A DNA stretch of 64,000 bases from Eubacteriales bacterium (GTDB taxonomy: Bacteria > Bacillota > Clostridia > Oscillospirales > CAG-382), in NCBI GenBank assembly GCA_041672465.1, contig JBAYZO010000006.1:1938-65937 (forward strand), in the 5' to 3' direction. The position numbers and the translations under genes were made by a program. Under the pieces are notes generated by a model. That model worked only from the letters and a program-made list of their open reading frames with translations. It was not told the DNA's origin and searched no databases. Shown here piece after piece: positions 21,473 through 30,502 of this stretch (position 1 is the stretch's first letter; each line of letters begins with the position of its first letter).

Positions 21473-23893
21473 TTATGAGTAAACCTTGCCGCCGCCGGAA
21501 ACATATGCGTCCCAGCCGGTGTCATCATAGTTATAGGTGAGGAAACGAATCCCGCCGTAACCGTACATGATGTTATATTCGGTGGTGGCATATTTTATTT
21601 TGTTTGAATAAGCGGAAACCGTTGCAAGACTGGTGAGAACGATAAAGTGGTATCCCTTGATGAGGTTATACTCAAGCGCGGCGAGTATTGTAAGCATTTT
21701 GCTGTAGTCGCCGGTGGTGCTGTAGTTGTCCCCGCCCGGGTTAATGGATATCGCCCATTCTTGGTAGGTTCTTGTTACGTCCTTGCCGTTAAGTTTGATC
21801 GTGACCGTTTCGGTCGTCGGGTCAAAACCGCACTGTTCGTGAATGGTGTTGACATGGCTCGGGTCGGTGTAGACGCGTATGAGCGCGAAAGGATAGAAAG
21901 AGGCCCCGCCCCACGCGCCCATCGCCATTTCGTTAACGCCGTTTGCCACGTCGTCATACCTGTTGGGGGACGTGGTGTAGGTAATTTTGATCTTACCCTC
22001 AAACGGAGTGTCTTTAGTAGCTTCGTCGATGTAGCCCTGGATAAGGGTGTTTCTTATAGACTGTTCATCGGTCAAAGACTCGTTGGCGCCGACCGAGCAG
22101 GTGAACTCAAAGACATCGGTATCGGTGAGGTCGCCCTCTGCTTTCGCTTCAGCGTAAACATCGGCGAACAGAGCCCTCGCTTTTTCGATATCAAAGCCGG
22201 TTATGGCGTTATAAGCCTCGTCAAGCGTGGCGTATTCTTTGCCCTCGCCGTACTCAATACCGTAAACATCGGTGATAACCTTTTTAGCCTCGTCGGATTT
22301 TCTGTAAATGGAATCCGGGTCGTTTTCAACATCATAATAGTACTGAGAATTTATAAGGCCGAGCGCGACTGTTTCGCCGGCGGTGCCCTTTTTGGCGTAG
22401 TCCGCTCTGTCAATGGCGAACGACATGGCTTCCCTGAACTTATCATACGCGAGAATGACTTTGTTTACCCTCTTGCTGGTGGAGGAAGCGTTGTCGGAAA
22501 GCGTCTCAAGCACTTCTTTGTCGGTCACAAAGAAGAAACGGTAGGTATAGGTTTCTTCTGTCCTCAAAAGGTTATCGGCAAAGCGATAGGTGTCCATATC
22601 CTCGGCGGTGAGCTCGACAGAGTCAAGTTTGCCGGTGTTGAACAGTTCGAGTTCCGTGTTGTGGTCGGAAATTACCGAGCAAATAATTTTATCGGTGGTG
22701 TAATGGCCTTTATGCTTGTCGTCAGAATAACCGTACCAGTTAAGGTTTCTTTCAAAAACAATTTCTTTGTCTTTTTCAAAAGAAGAAAGTTTATACGGGC
22801 CAAACGACTTGTAGCTGTCAACCGATTTGCCGTAAGTGGTGGCGACAAGCTCTCCCACGTCTTTTTTGTTCGCTTCGTATAATTCTTCATAGACAATCCA
22901 GTTGGATGTGCCGGCTGTGTTCATATAGAACTGGGTGATGGTGTTAAGGGTTATGTAAAGGAACGTGTAGTCGTCTACTACCTTAAAACCAACCTCATCC
23001 CAAGTGCCGTCGCCGACCGAGATAATGGAGACCGCGAGATAGGTTGACGCGTAAGCGGCGTAGACGGCATCCTGCGCGAGATAGGTTTCAAAGATATATT
23101 TGGCGGAAACCCAGTCTTCATCCTCGCCTTCCGTAACGGCGGCGTCGCGGTACATGGTGTCGTCGTTAATGTTGACAAAGTTAGGGCAGGCGTTGCCTTC
23201 CTCGTCGACACAGCCTTCACCGTCAAGACCCCAGAATTTCCACATATCGACAAAAACATCTTCGTCTTCGGCTTCTTCGGCAAAATCATAACCGGCGTCG
23301 CCAAGCGCTTTGTATGACACCGCCGGGCCGCCGGAGTAGTAGCTGAACGCGCCGTAAATGGCGGCGTCGCCGGAAAAATAGTTGTTTGCTCTGTAGTTTT
23401 TCATTGCCGGGTCAAGCAGGGCTTTGAGCGAATACTCATAAGTAGCCGCGTTAATAACCGTGCCGTCTTCCCATTTCGCGTTTTTGTTTAACTTATAAAG
23501 CCAAACGCGTCCGGTGTCCTCTTCGTCAATGTCCCAATCCGCAAGGTCGATGTCGTAATCCGCGGCGTTGGCGGTGACGTCTTTGATATCGTCGGCCATT
23601 TCAAAATTCCACTTAAAAGTTTCATTTTCCTTGTCGTAAATGGCGTCGACAAATCCCATTTCCGCGTAATCCGAGATATAACGATCCCCGTTTGTTTCCC
23701 AGGTATGCGGGTTCCAGTTCTGCGGGTTAGCTCCGATGTATTCGCGAAGTGTATAGTCTTTTTCATCGTCTATTCCGCTTTTACCGGGTGTCTCGCTTTT
23801 AGTGCCGTCCGATCCGCCGCCGCAAGCGCTGAGCGCTACCATGGCGAATACAAAAAGCAGCGATAAAGCGAGCGCAAGTACCTTCTTGTACAT
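21473..23893 (-). CDS. ABC transporter substrate-binding lipoprotein, family 5 (peptide/nickel type), enlarged
   Basis: 806 aa with signal peptide and lipobox LSAC-GGGS. It is the first gene of the opp-like operon. The size is about 250 aa above typical OppA/DppA. Confidence 0.8.
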   Translation of the reverse strand: MYKKVLALALSLLFVFAMVALSACGGGSDGTKSETPGKSGIDDEKDYTLREYIGANPQNWNPHTWETNGDRYISDYAEMGFVDAIYDKENETFKWNFEMADDIKDVTANAADYDIDLADWDIDEEDTGRVWLYKLNKNAKWEDGTVINAATYEYSLKALLDPAMKNYRANNYFSGDAAIYGAFSYYSGGPAVSYKALGDAGYDFAEEAEDEDVFVDMWKFWGLDGEGCVDEEGNACPNFVNINDDTMYRDAAVTEGEDEDWVSAKYIFETYLAQDAVYAAYASTYLAVSIISVGDGTWDEVGFKVVDDYTFLYITLNTITQFYMNTAGTSNWIVYEELYEANKKDVGELVATTYGKSVDSYKSFGPYKLSSFEKDKEIVFERNLNWYGYSDDKHKGHYTTDKIICSVISDHNTELELFNTGKLDSVELTAEDMDTYRFADNLLRTEETYTYRFFFVTDKEVLETLSDNASSTSKRVNKVILAYDKFREAMSFAIDRADYAKKGTAGETVALGLINSQYYYDVENDPDSIYRKSDEAKKVITDVYGIEYGEGKEYATLDEAYNAITGFDIEKARALFADVYAEAKAEGDLTDTDVFEFTCSVGANESLTDEQSIRNTLIQGYIDEATKDTPFEGKIKITYTTSPNRYDDVANGVNEMAMGAWGGASFYPFALIRVYTDPSHVNTIHEQCGFDPTTETVTIKLNGKDVTRTYQEWAISINPGGDNYSTTGDYSKMLTILAALEYNLIKGYHFIVLTSLATVSAYSNKIKYATTEYNIMYGYGGIRFLTYNYDDTGWDAYVSGGGKVYS

Positions 23894-23965
23894 AATTTAC
23901 CTCCTTAAATTTTACGAAAAAATCGTTTTCGCATTGAAATATAGCAGACATACTAATGTAAGATG

Positions 23966-23993
23966 ATTATAACATAAAAAACTGCCTTGTCAA
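23966..23993 (-). promoter_or_regulatory. Sigma-A promoter of the opp-like operon
   Basis: On the minus strand: TTGACA (23993-23988), a 16-nt spacer, then TGtTATAAT, an extended -10 (TATAAT at 23971-23966). Confidence 0.6.
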
Positions 23994-24148
23994 GCAAATA
24001 TTTGTGCAAAACTCATATTTTGTGCTTTATTATTAATAATAAAGCCCCAAAGCGCAACTTTTTTAGTCTTTGCGACATAAATATAAAAACCGATACTTTT
24101 GGTTGCGCAACCGTATTTTGACGCGAAACGTCGAAAAAGCAAATAGGT

Positions 24149-25480
24149 TCAGCCGTAAAGGGCCTGATCCGCGTTCCATTCGGAAAGTATGTAAATGACA
24201 TAGTCGGCGTTGTATCTCACAATATTATTAACGCTGTATGTGTAATCCCACATTTTCTGGAACAGAGTGTTGTTCAGGTTCCCCGCTATGAGGTCGGTCA
24301 GCTGGGTGCCGTAAGAGTCGCGGATAACAATGGCGTTCGGCAGTTCGGGGCGGTTCGCGGCGATAAAATGCCGATAGGTGACCTCCTCGCTGTAAACCCC
24401 GGTCTCTTTAAAGCGTTTTCGCTCTACCCCCGTCACGTCCGTTTTCATCGACCTGAAAAAGCTGTACTCAAGGCAGTCGGAATCGAAAAACCCCGGCGTG
24501 AGATACACGGGGGACGTCATTTTTAAATAGTTGAGCATATCCCCGGTTTTAAAATACCCCGAATACCAGTCAAAATAATCAAAGTCATACGGGGCGGCGG
24601 AGGGAAAATCCTCTTTGATTATGCCGAACAGCTCGCGATAAGCGACAAACGCCCCGTACTCTGTCCAGTGGCTGTCGGTTTTATAGTACAGCGGAAGCTC
24701 GTCATACTTATGGAGGGTAAAAACCTCGTCAAGGTCAATCGCCACCGCGCCGCCCTTGCGTATCGCCTCTATAATAAGCTGCCGCTTTGTCTTCCCCGCT
24801 CCCTGCGCGTATTCATCCGGGACAAGCTCGGGGTAGATTGAAATAACCGACGGCGCTATTATATATATGATTTTTGTGTTCATCCCGTTATTTTTCAATT
24901 CGTTAACTCGTGTTTTTATTCGGTTTGTAAGAGAGTTCAGAGCCGATTCTGAGGGGAGGTTTTGCCTTTTAAAATCCCTAAGGCATTTTTCATAGAAAAA
25001 CTGAAAATTCCCCCCCGCCACCACGCCCTCGGCGTCGCCCGGACGGGTTGGCGGCTTGCCGTACAGGGTTTCGCCCTCCGCCCTTACGCCGCCGATTTCT
25101 TGGGTAAGCGTTGTTTCAAGACCGCTTGAATATTTCACCCGCACCGAAAACCACCCGTAAAACGACTGCGAAAAGACGCTTTGCCCGTCAGAGGTAACCG
25201 CCCTTACAACCGCGCCGTCCTCGCAGGTCCCCACCATCACGGCGTAGGGGCTTTGGTCATAGGCGAAATACATAACCGAAACAGGCGTTATAACCGGGGT
25301 TGGTATATCGGAACTCATATTGCTGTTCTCACTCTCGCCGCTTTGGCCGCTTTCGCTTTCCTCGCCGTTTTGGTTTGAGATTTCTTCCTCAGACGACAGG
25401 TCATCTGAGGAAGACGGGCAGGAACAAAGAAAAACCGACATTATAAGCGCCAAAGCGCAAATTACTAACCTCTTTAGCAT
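24149..25480 (-). CDS. DHHW-family / AlgJ-AlgX-like SGNH-type lipoprotein (putative O-acyltransferase or esterase)
   Basis: Lipobox FLCSC, an acidic Ser/Glu linker, a beta-rich domain, then KTDSHWTEYGAFVAYRELF (D-x-H-W signature). It is a paralog of 58833-60461. Confidence 0.7.
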   Translation of the reverse strand: MLKRLVICALALIMSVFLCSCPSSSDDLSSEEEISNQNGEESESGQSGESENSNMSSDIPTPVITPVSVMYFAYDQSPYAVMVGTCEDGAVVRAVTSDGQSVFSQSFYGWFSVRVKYSSGLETTLTQEIGGVRAEGETLYGKPPTRPGDAEGVVAGGNFQFFYEKCLRDFKRQNLPSESALNSLTNRIKTRVNELKNNGMNTKIIYIIAPSVISIYPELVPDEYAQGAGKTKRQLIIEAIRKGGAVAIDLDEVFTLHKYDELPLYYKTDSHWTEYGAFVAYRELFGIIKEDFPSAAPYDFDYFDWYSGYFKTGDMLNYLKMTSPVYLTPGFFDSDCLEYSFFRSMKTDVTGVERKRFKETGVYSEEVTYRHFIAANRPELPNAIVIRDSYGTQLTDLIAGNLNNTLFQKMWDYTYSVNNIVRYNADYVIYILSEWNADQALYG

Positions 25481-25533
25481 TATGTAAACAACCTTAAAAA
25501 TAAAATTTTCCGCTTATCGGGAACAAAACATTT

Positions 25534-26406
25534 TTAAAAATAGCGGGTTTCATGGCAAAGCGAGATAAAATCGCTGTCTTCGCTCTTGCCGCCGCCAAGC
25601 CGCGATACCCCGATACTTTTGATGTTCGCCGCCTGAACCGACCAGACATAGTCTAACTTATCCTCGCTCCAAGGCAGGCCGTCTATTTCAAGGTTGTCAA
25701 AAGATCCTTTTAAAAACGTGGAGTCGGGGATATCGTCTTCCCCCTTGCCGGTTCGCGGGACAAGGGAAATAAACCTGACAAGCCGCGCCAGCGGTCTTCC
25801 GTTTTCTCTCACAAACACTTCCCCCGCTTTGTTTTCCAAAACCGCGACAATCTCGCCGATTACGCTTTTGTCCTCGCTTAAAAAGCGGTAAGCACATTCC
25901 ACTATATCGCTTTTTTCGTCGCAAAGCCCGATATTTAGCTCGGTTTCAAAATAAACCGCGTTTTTATAGTTGTCGGTGTTAAACCCCGCGATATCCTTAT
26001 ATGTAAGCCCCTTTGGCGTTCCGAGTCCGAAATCGCACAAAAACGCCGCCCAGACGTCTTTTTCCTGGTTATTGCAAAGCCCGGTGTCAATATGCCAGAG
26101 CCTGCCGCCGGATATAAAGCCCAAGCACAAATACGCGTTGCGGCAGGGCGCGCCGCCACGGTCGCGGCGGTTGATTTTAAGCCCTCTCAAATCGACAAGC
26201 GCCTTTGTCCGTGAATACATATTTGTATAGGGGCCATGCGCGTAGTAATGCGCGCCCGCCCTGTCTTCCACAATGCACTTTATATGCTCGCCGAAGCCCA
26301 CCTCGCGCCCGAGCCGGCTCTCATAACTTTTATAGATATAGCCGTCCACGTTCCCGCTGACGACAAATCCGCCGCTTGTTACGCCGTCGTAATTTTTATC
26401 CGCCAT
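25534..26406 (-). CDS. Hypothetical cytoplasmic protein (no recognisable family)
   Basis: 290-aa ORF with GGAGG-like SD (AAGGGAGGCAAACA ATG). Codon usage resembles its neighbours, and no signal peptide or TM is visible. Confidence 0.55.
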   Translation of the reverse strand: MADKNYDGVTSGGFVVSGNVDGYIYKSYESRLGREVGFGEHIKCIVEDRAGAHYYAHGPYTNMYSRTKALVDLRGLKINRRDRGGAPCRNAYLCLGFISGGRLWHIDTGLCNNQEKDVWAAFLCDFGLGTPKGLTYKDIAGFNTDNYKNAVYFETELNIGLCDEKSDIVECAYRFLSEDKSVIGEIVAVLENKAGEVFVRENGRPLARLVRFISLVPRTGKGEDDIPDSTFLKGSFDNLEIDGLPWSEDKLDYVWSVQAANIKSIGVSRLGGGKSEDSDFISLCHETRYF

Positions 26407-26495
26407 TGTTTGCCTCCCTTAAAAAATATTGTTAAATACAACAAGGCGTTTGCCTGTTTTAGCAACGTTTGCATACGCCTTGTCGAAAATGTTAT

Positions 26496-27734
26496 TCAGT
26501 TATAAATAGGGAACTTTTCGCAAAGCTCTTTTACCCCCGAAAGGATTGCCGATTTGTTTTTTTCGTAATCTCGCGCGGCAAGCCCCATCCATTCGGCTAT
26601 CATCGCCATTTCGCCTTTTCCGAACCCCCGCGAGGTGACGGCGGGAGTGCCGACTCTCAGCCCGCTTGTGACGGTGGGGAGCTGGGGGTCGTCGGGGATG
26701 GCGTTTTTGTTGGCGGTGATATGCACATCGTCAAGATTTTTCTCATAAACCTTGCCGGTGACGCCAAAACGCCGCAGGTCAAGGAGGATCAAATGGTTGT
26801 CGGTGCCGCCGGAAACAAGGTCAAAGCCGTTTTCCGCAAGTCTTTCGGCAAGCGAAGACGCGTTTTCAACTATATGTTTCTGGTAAGATTTAAACTCGTC
26901 GGTGAGCGCCTCGCCGAAAGCCACCGCCTTGGCGGCGATTATATGCATGAGCGGCCCGCCCTGAGTGCCGGGGAAGAGCGCCTTGTCGATTTTCTTTCCA
27001 AGCTCTTCCTTGCAGAGTATCAGCCCGCCTCTTGGGCCGCGGAGCGTCTTGTGGGTTGTGGTGGTCACCACATCGGCATAGGGAACCGGATTCGGGTGAA
27101 GCCCTGCCGCCACAAGCCCCGCTATGTGAGCCATATCCACCATAAGGTAGGCGCCGGCCTTTCGGGCGATCTCGCCGCAGCGCTTAAAGTCAATCACCCG
27201 CGGATACGCCGACGCGCCCGCGAGAATAAGCTTTGGCTTGTGTTTTACGGCAAGGCGTTCCATTTCGTCATAGTCAATCCGCCGGTCGGCCTTGTCAACG
27301 CCGTACGGGACAATATTAAAATATTTACCCGAGATATTCACGGGAGAGCCGTGGGAGAGATGCCCGCCGTGGGCGAGCGACATCGACAGCACCGTGTCGC
27401 CGGGAGTCAGCAGCGCGAAAAAAACCGCGAGGTTGGCGTTCGCGCCGCTGTGGGGCTGAACGTTGGCGTGCTCGGCGCCGAAAAGCACTTTCGCCCGATC
27501 CCGCGCTATGTTCTCAACTATATCCACATACTGGCACCCGCCGTAATACCTCGCCGCCGGGTAGCCCTCGGCGTATTTGTTGGTCAGCACGCTCCCGGCC
27601 GCAAGCAGCACTGCTTTTGACACGATGTTTTCAGAGGCGATAAGCTCGATATTATAGCGCTGCCTTTGCATTTCAAGTTCGCAGGCGTCATAAACCTCGG
27701 CGTCATAATTTTTTAACTCGTCAAAAAAGAACAT
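26496..27734 (-). CDS. glyA: Serine hydroxymethyltransferase
   Basis: [11 protein letters not shown] and the PLP-Lys motif [17 protein letters not shown] 27734 lies 6 nt after GGGGGT. Confidence 0.95.
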   Translation of the reverse strand: MFFFDELKNYDAEVYDACELEMQRQRYNIELIASENIVSKAVLLAAGSVLTNKYAEGYPAARYYGGCQYVDIVENIARDRAKVLFGAEHANVQPHSGANANLAVFFALLTPGDTVLSMSLAHGGHLSHGSPVNISGKYFNIVPYGVDKADRRIDYDEMERLAVKHKPKLILAGASAYPRVIDFKRCGEIARKAGAYLMVDMAHIAGLVAAGLHPNPVPYADVVTTTTHKTLRGPRGGLILCKEELGKKIDKALFPGTQGGPLMHIIAAKAVAFGEALTDEFKSYQKHIVENASSLAERLAENGFDLVSGGTDNHLILLDLRRFGVTGKVYEKNLDDVHITANKNAIPDDPQLPTVTSGLRVGTPAVTSRGFGKGEMAMIAEWMGLAARDYEKNKSAILSGVKELCEKFPIYN

Positions 27735-27879
27735 TAAATACCCCCACAGCATATAGCATTAAATTTTGTCGCGGCTTTTAAAGCCGTTGTCAATTATATA
27801 ACAAGTTCCCCGATTTGTAAATAGCCCAAGGCAATTATAAAAGACTTTGGTTAAATTTATAAAGCTTTGCGCGTTGACT

Positions 27880-29253
27880 TTAGCGGGTGAGCTCCCAGTA
27901 AAAGCCTATCTCCCCCGTCGGCGGTGAAATAAAAGTTATGGTTATCTCGGTCGCGTCGGCGGTGGCGTAGTACTGGGCTTTCGCGGCGCCCGAAGTCGAC
28001 GGCGTCAGGATAACGGTTTTCGGAACGGCTTTTAAGGAATGTTTGATTTTATACACGGTCTTTTCCCCCGTCGCGCCAAAGCTGAAACTGCCGCTGACTC
28101 TGTCGTTATACACATATGTTCCGGTTCGGTCATACACCTGAAGGTTTGTTATGGCGAGAACCGAGTTTTTATCCGAAGGAGATTTTATTCCGTCGTCGTT
28201 AACCACCGTGCAGGAATCAAGCGTCACCACGCCGACGGCGTTTGTCGCGTCGAGTAAAAAGTAATTTTTATTGTCGGCGGTCGAGTTAAGCATACAGTCG
28301 CGGAAGGTCAGGTTCATAACCCGCGTTCCGGTGTTGGTGATGTTCAGTATGCCATGAGAGGCGTTTTCAAACCATGTTCCGACAAAATTTGTCGGCCTTG
28401 TCCCGCCTTTTTTGGGGATAAGTATATCGGTGACGTTCGAGGCGAAGATCCCGCCTATGACATGAACGCCGTCAAAGGATTCGCCGTTGAGGTAGTCGAG
28501 CACAAGCCCCGCCTCGCAGGTGGCTATTCTCGGGTGGATAATTATGTTGCCCGAGCCGTACAGGTGAAGCCCGTATGTGCAGCTTGAGCAAAACACGTTT
28601 TCAAACATACAGTCGAAGATTCCAACCCCCGACGGTTCCGCGCCGCCGTCAATTCCGCAGTATATCCCCGAAAAAACAAGGTTTTTAAACGTGCCGATGG
28701 CGGAATTATATTTGTCAAGCGTAGAGCCACCCAAAATACCCGTTACCCCGCTCACGCCCGAGGACAGGAAAAAGAAGTTTTCGATATCCGTTCCCCAAAG
28801 CGCCTCGTTTGAGGTGTCTATCATCGGTGAATCGGGGTTCCCCGCCCAAATAAGCCTTGTCGACCACATTCCCTCGCCCGTAAGGGAGACTTTCGCCTTT
28901 TTTACAAGAGTTGACTTTAAAGTATAGCTCCCCGACGGGAAATAGACAACCCCTCCGCCCGACGCCGCGCAGGCGTCGATTGCGGACTGAATAGCCCCCG
29001 AGTCGTCCAACCCGTTCCCTTTCGCGCCGTAGTCAAGGATATTGTGCGCCGTCATTACGTTTTTGGCTTTTTCGTATATCACTTTCGGCTCCTCGCTTGT
29101 TTTTTCTTTTTCCGAGCTTTCGTTGCTTCCGCTGTTTTCAAATGAACTTGCCGATTCCCCGCTGTTTGTTCCCCCGCCGGCGCAGGAGGTAAAAGCCGCG
29201 AAGAGAAGCGCGGCGATAAGAGAAACGGAAATAAAAAGTATTTTCTTTTTCAT
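27880..29253 (-). CDS. Lipoprotein with pectate-lyase-superfamily right-handed beta-helix domain
   Basis: Lipobox FTSC. HNILDYGAKGNGLDDSGAIQSAIDACAASGGGVVYFPSGSY is the signature N-terminus of the Pectate_lyase_3 / tailspike-like fold. Confidence 0.75.
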   Translation of the reverse strand: MKKKILFISVSLIAALLFAAFTSCAGGGTNSGESASSFENSGSNESSEKEKTSEEPKVIYEKAKNVMTAHNILDYGAKGNGLDDSGAIQSAIDACAASGGGVVYFPSGSYTLKSTLVKKAKVSLTGEGMWSTRLIWAGNPDSPMIDTSNEALWGTDIENFFFLSSGVSGVTGILGGSTLDKYNSAIGTFKNLVFSGIYCGIDGGAEPSGVGIFDCMFENVFCSSCTYGLHLYGSGNIIIHPRIATCEAGLVLDYLNGESFDGVHVIGGIFASNVTDILIPKKGGTRPTNFVGTWFENASHGILNITNTGTRVMNLTFRDCMLNSTADNKNYFLLDATNAVGVVTLDSCTVVNDDGIKSPSDKNSVLAITNLQVYDRTGTYVYNDRVSGSFSFGATGEKTVYKIKHSLKAVPKTVILTPSTSGAAKAQYYATADATEITITFISPPTGEIGFYWELTR

Positions 29254-29296
29254 TAATAAAACCATCCCTTAATTAATACGTTAATCAATCTAACCG

Positions 29297-30490
29297 CTAA
29301 CCTTTTGTTTTTTCACCGGCGGTAATTCGGTTTACCCCAAGAAGACCGTCCATTATATTCGAGCAGCACCAGCCGGTGTAAACCGAATACATTCCGCCCT
29401 CGTCTATGGTGTTGTTTTGGTTTGCTCTCCCCTCCCAGCGCTTTGAGACCGGGTTATACGAGCCGCGCCACGCGCCGTCCCACAGTTTGCTCTCGCCCTC
29501 GCACTGGACGGACACCAAAAAGTCGGCCAGCTTTACCGCGGCGCGCTTGTATTCGTCTCTGCCGGTCAGATCAAACGCCTCGTTAAGCCCCATGAGCGCA
29601 AAGCCTTGGGTATAGACAAGGTCGCATATAAACATATTGCTCTGGAGCGACGCGGTCTTGCCCTCCTCGTCGGAATTCATTATCCCGCCGCTCTCATGCT
29701 GAAGCGACATTACATAATCTGCCGCTTTTTCAAAGGCGTTTTTATAAACGTCGGATTTAATATACTTAAGTATTCTCGCGAGACAAAACACGGCGATTGA
29801 CGCTTCGGAGGAGGCGGGCCGCCAGTCTTCTCTTTTCATAAGTTCATATGAAGTGGTAAATCTGCCGTTTTCCTTTTGGAGCGGGAGTACATAACCAAGC
29901 GCCAAAACCGCGCTTGACTTATATTTTTCTTCCCCCGTCAGCCCATAGCACATGGCGAGCCCCGCCGCGAGCCAAAACACAAAGCAGGGGCCTTTATAGG
30001 GGCTTTGGGTGACGCCGTTGTCGTACCGCATGAAAAAGCCCTGCGGGCGCTGGATACTCATCCAGTGGTTCGCGAGCTTTAGGGCGGCTTCTTTCAGCCT
30101 TTCGTCGCCGGAAATTTCAAACATATCCAAAAGCGCGATAAGCACCTTGCCGTTGTCGTTCTGCCACCTCGCCTGACCGTTGTTCGCGAGAATTTCGCCG
30201 TCGTTTAAAAAGAAGGGGAACGAGCCGTACCACGCCGACATGGGTTCGTTGTCCTGAACCGAAAGCAGCCAGTTTATAATATTTTCGTATACGTCGGCCG
30301 AGCTTTCCCTGCCGCGCTTTAAATAGGCGCGGGCGATTTCGGAATTGCAGTCGGGGCGGGTCCAGTTAACCCGGCGGTTGACGTCAATTCGGATTCTCTC
30401 ATACACTCCCACGCTCCCGCGGTTAAAGGAAAGCATTTGGCTTTCCATCCAGTCAAGGCATTTGTCAACGCTTTTTACATACTTATCCAT
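29297..30490 (-). CDS. Hypothetical protein, probable (alpha/alpha)6-toroid (six-hairpin glycosidase/prenyltransferase-like) fold
   Basis: 397 aa with repeated helical hairpin segments carrying conserved W/G/aromatic positions. There is no signal peptide. The fold assignment is an impression only. Confidence 0.4.
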   Translation of the reverse strand: MDKYVKSVDKCLDWMESQMLSFNRGSVGVYERIRIDVNRRVNWTRPDCNSEIARAYLKRGRESSADVYENIINWLLSVQDNEPMSAWYGSFPFFLNDGEILANNGQARWQNDNGKVLIALLDMFEISGDERLKEAALKLANHWMSIQRPQGFFMRYDNGVTQSPYKGPCFVFWLAAGLAMCYGLTGEEKYKSSAVLALGYVLPLQKENGRFTTSYELMKREDWRPASSEASIAVFCLARILKYIKSDVYKNAFEKAADYVMSLQHESGGIMNSDEEGKTASLQSNMFICDLVYTQGFALMGLNEAFDLTGRDEYKRAAVKLADFLVSVQCEGESKLWDGAWRGSYNPVSKRWEGRANQNNTIDEGGMYSVYTGWCCSNIMDGLLGVNRITAGEKTKG

Positions 30491-30502
30491 TTTGCACTTC
30501 CT

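Noticed and set aside
21647-22882. 411-aa ORF on the + strand
   Set aside because: It is antisense to the 806-aa substrate-binding lipoprotein gene. It has no SD and its composition is that of a shadow ORF.
26469-27620. 383-aa ORF on the + strand
   Set aside because: It is entirely antisense to glyA, whose identity is unambiguous. Its Arg/Gly/Val-rich composition is typical of a reverse-frame artefact in GC-balanced coding DNA.
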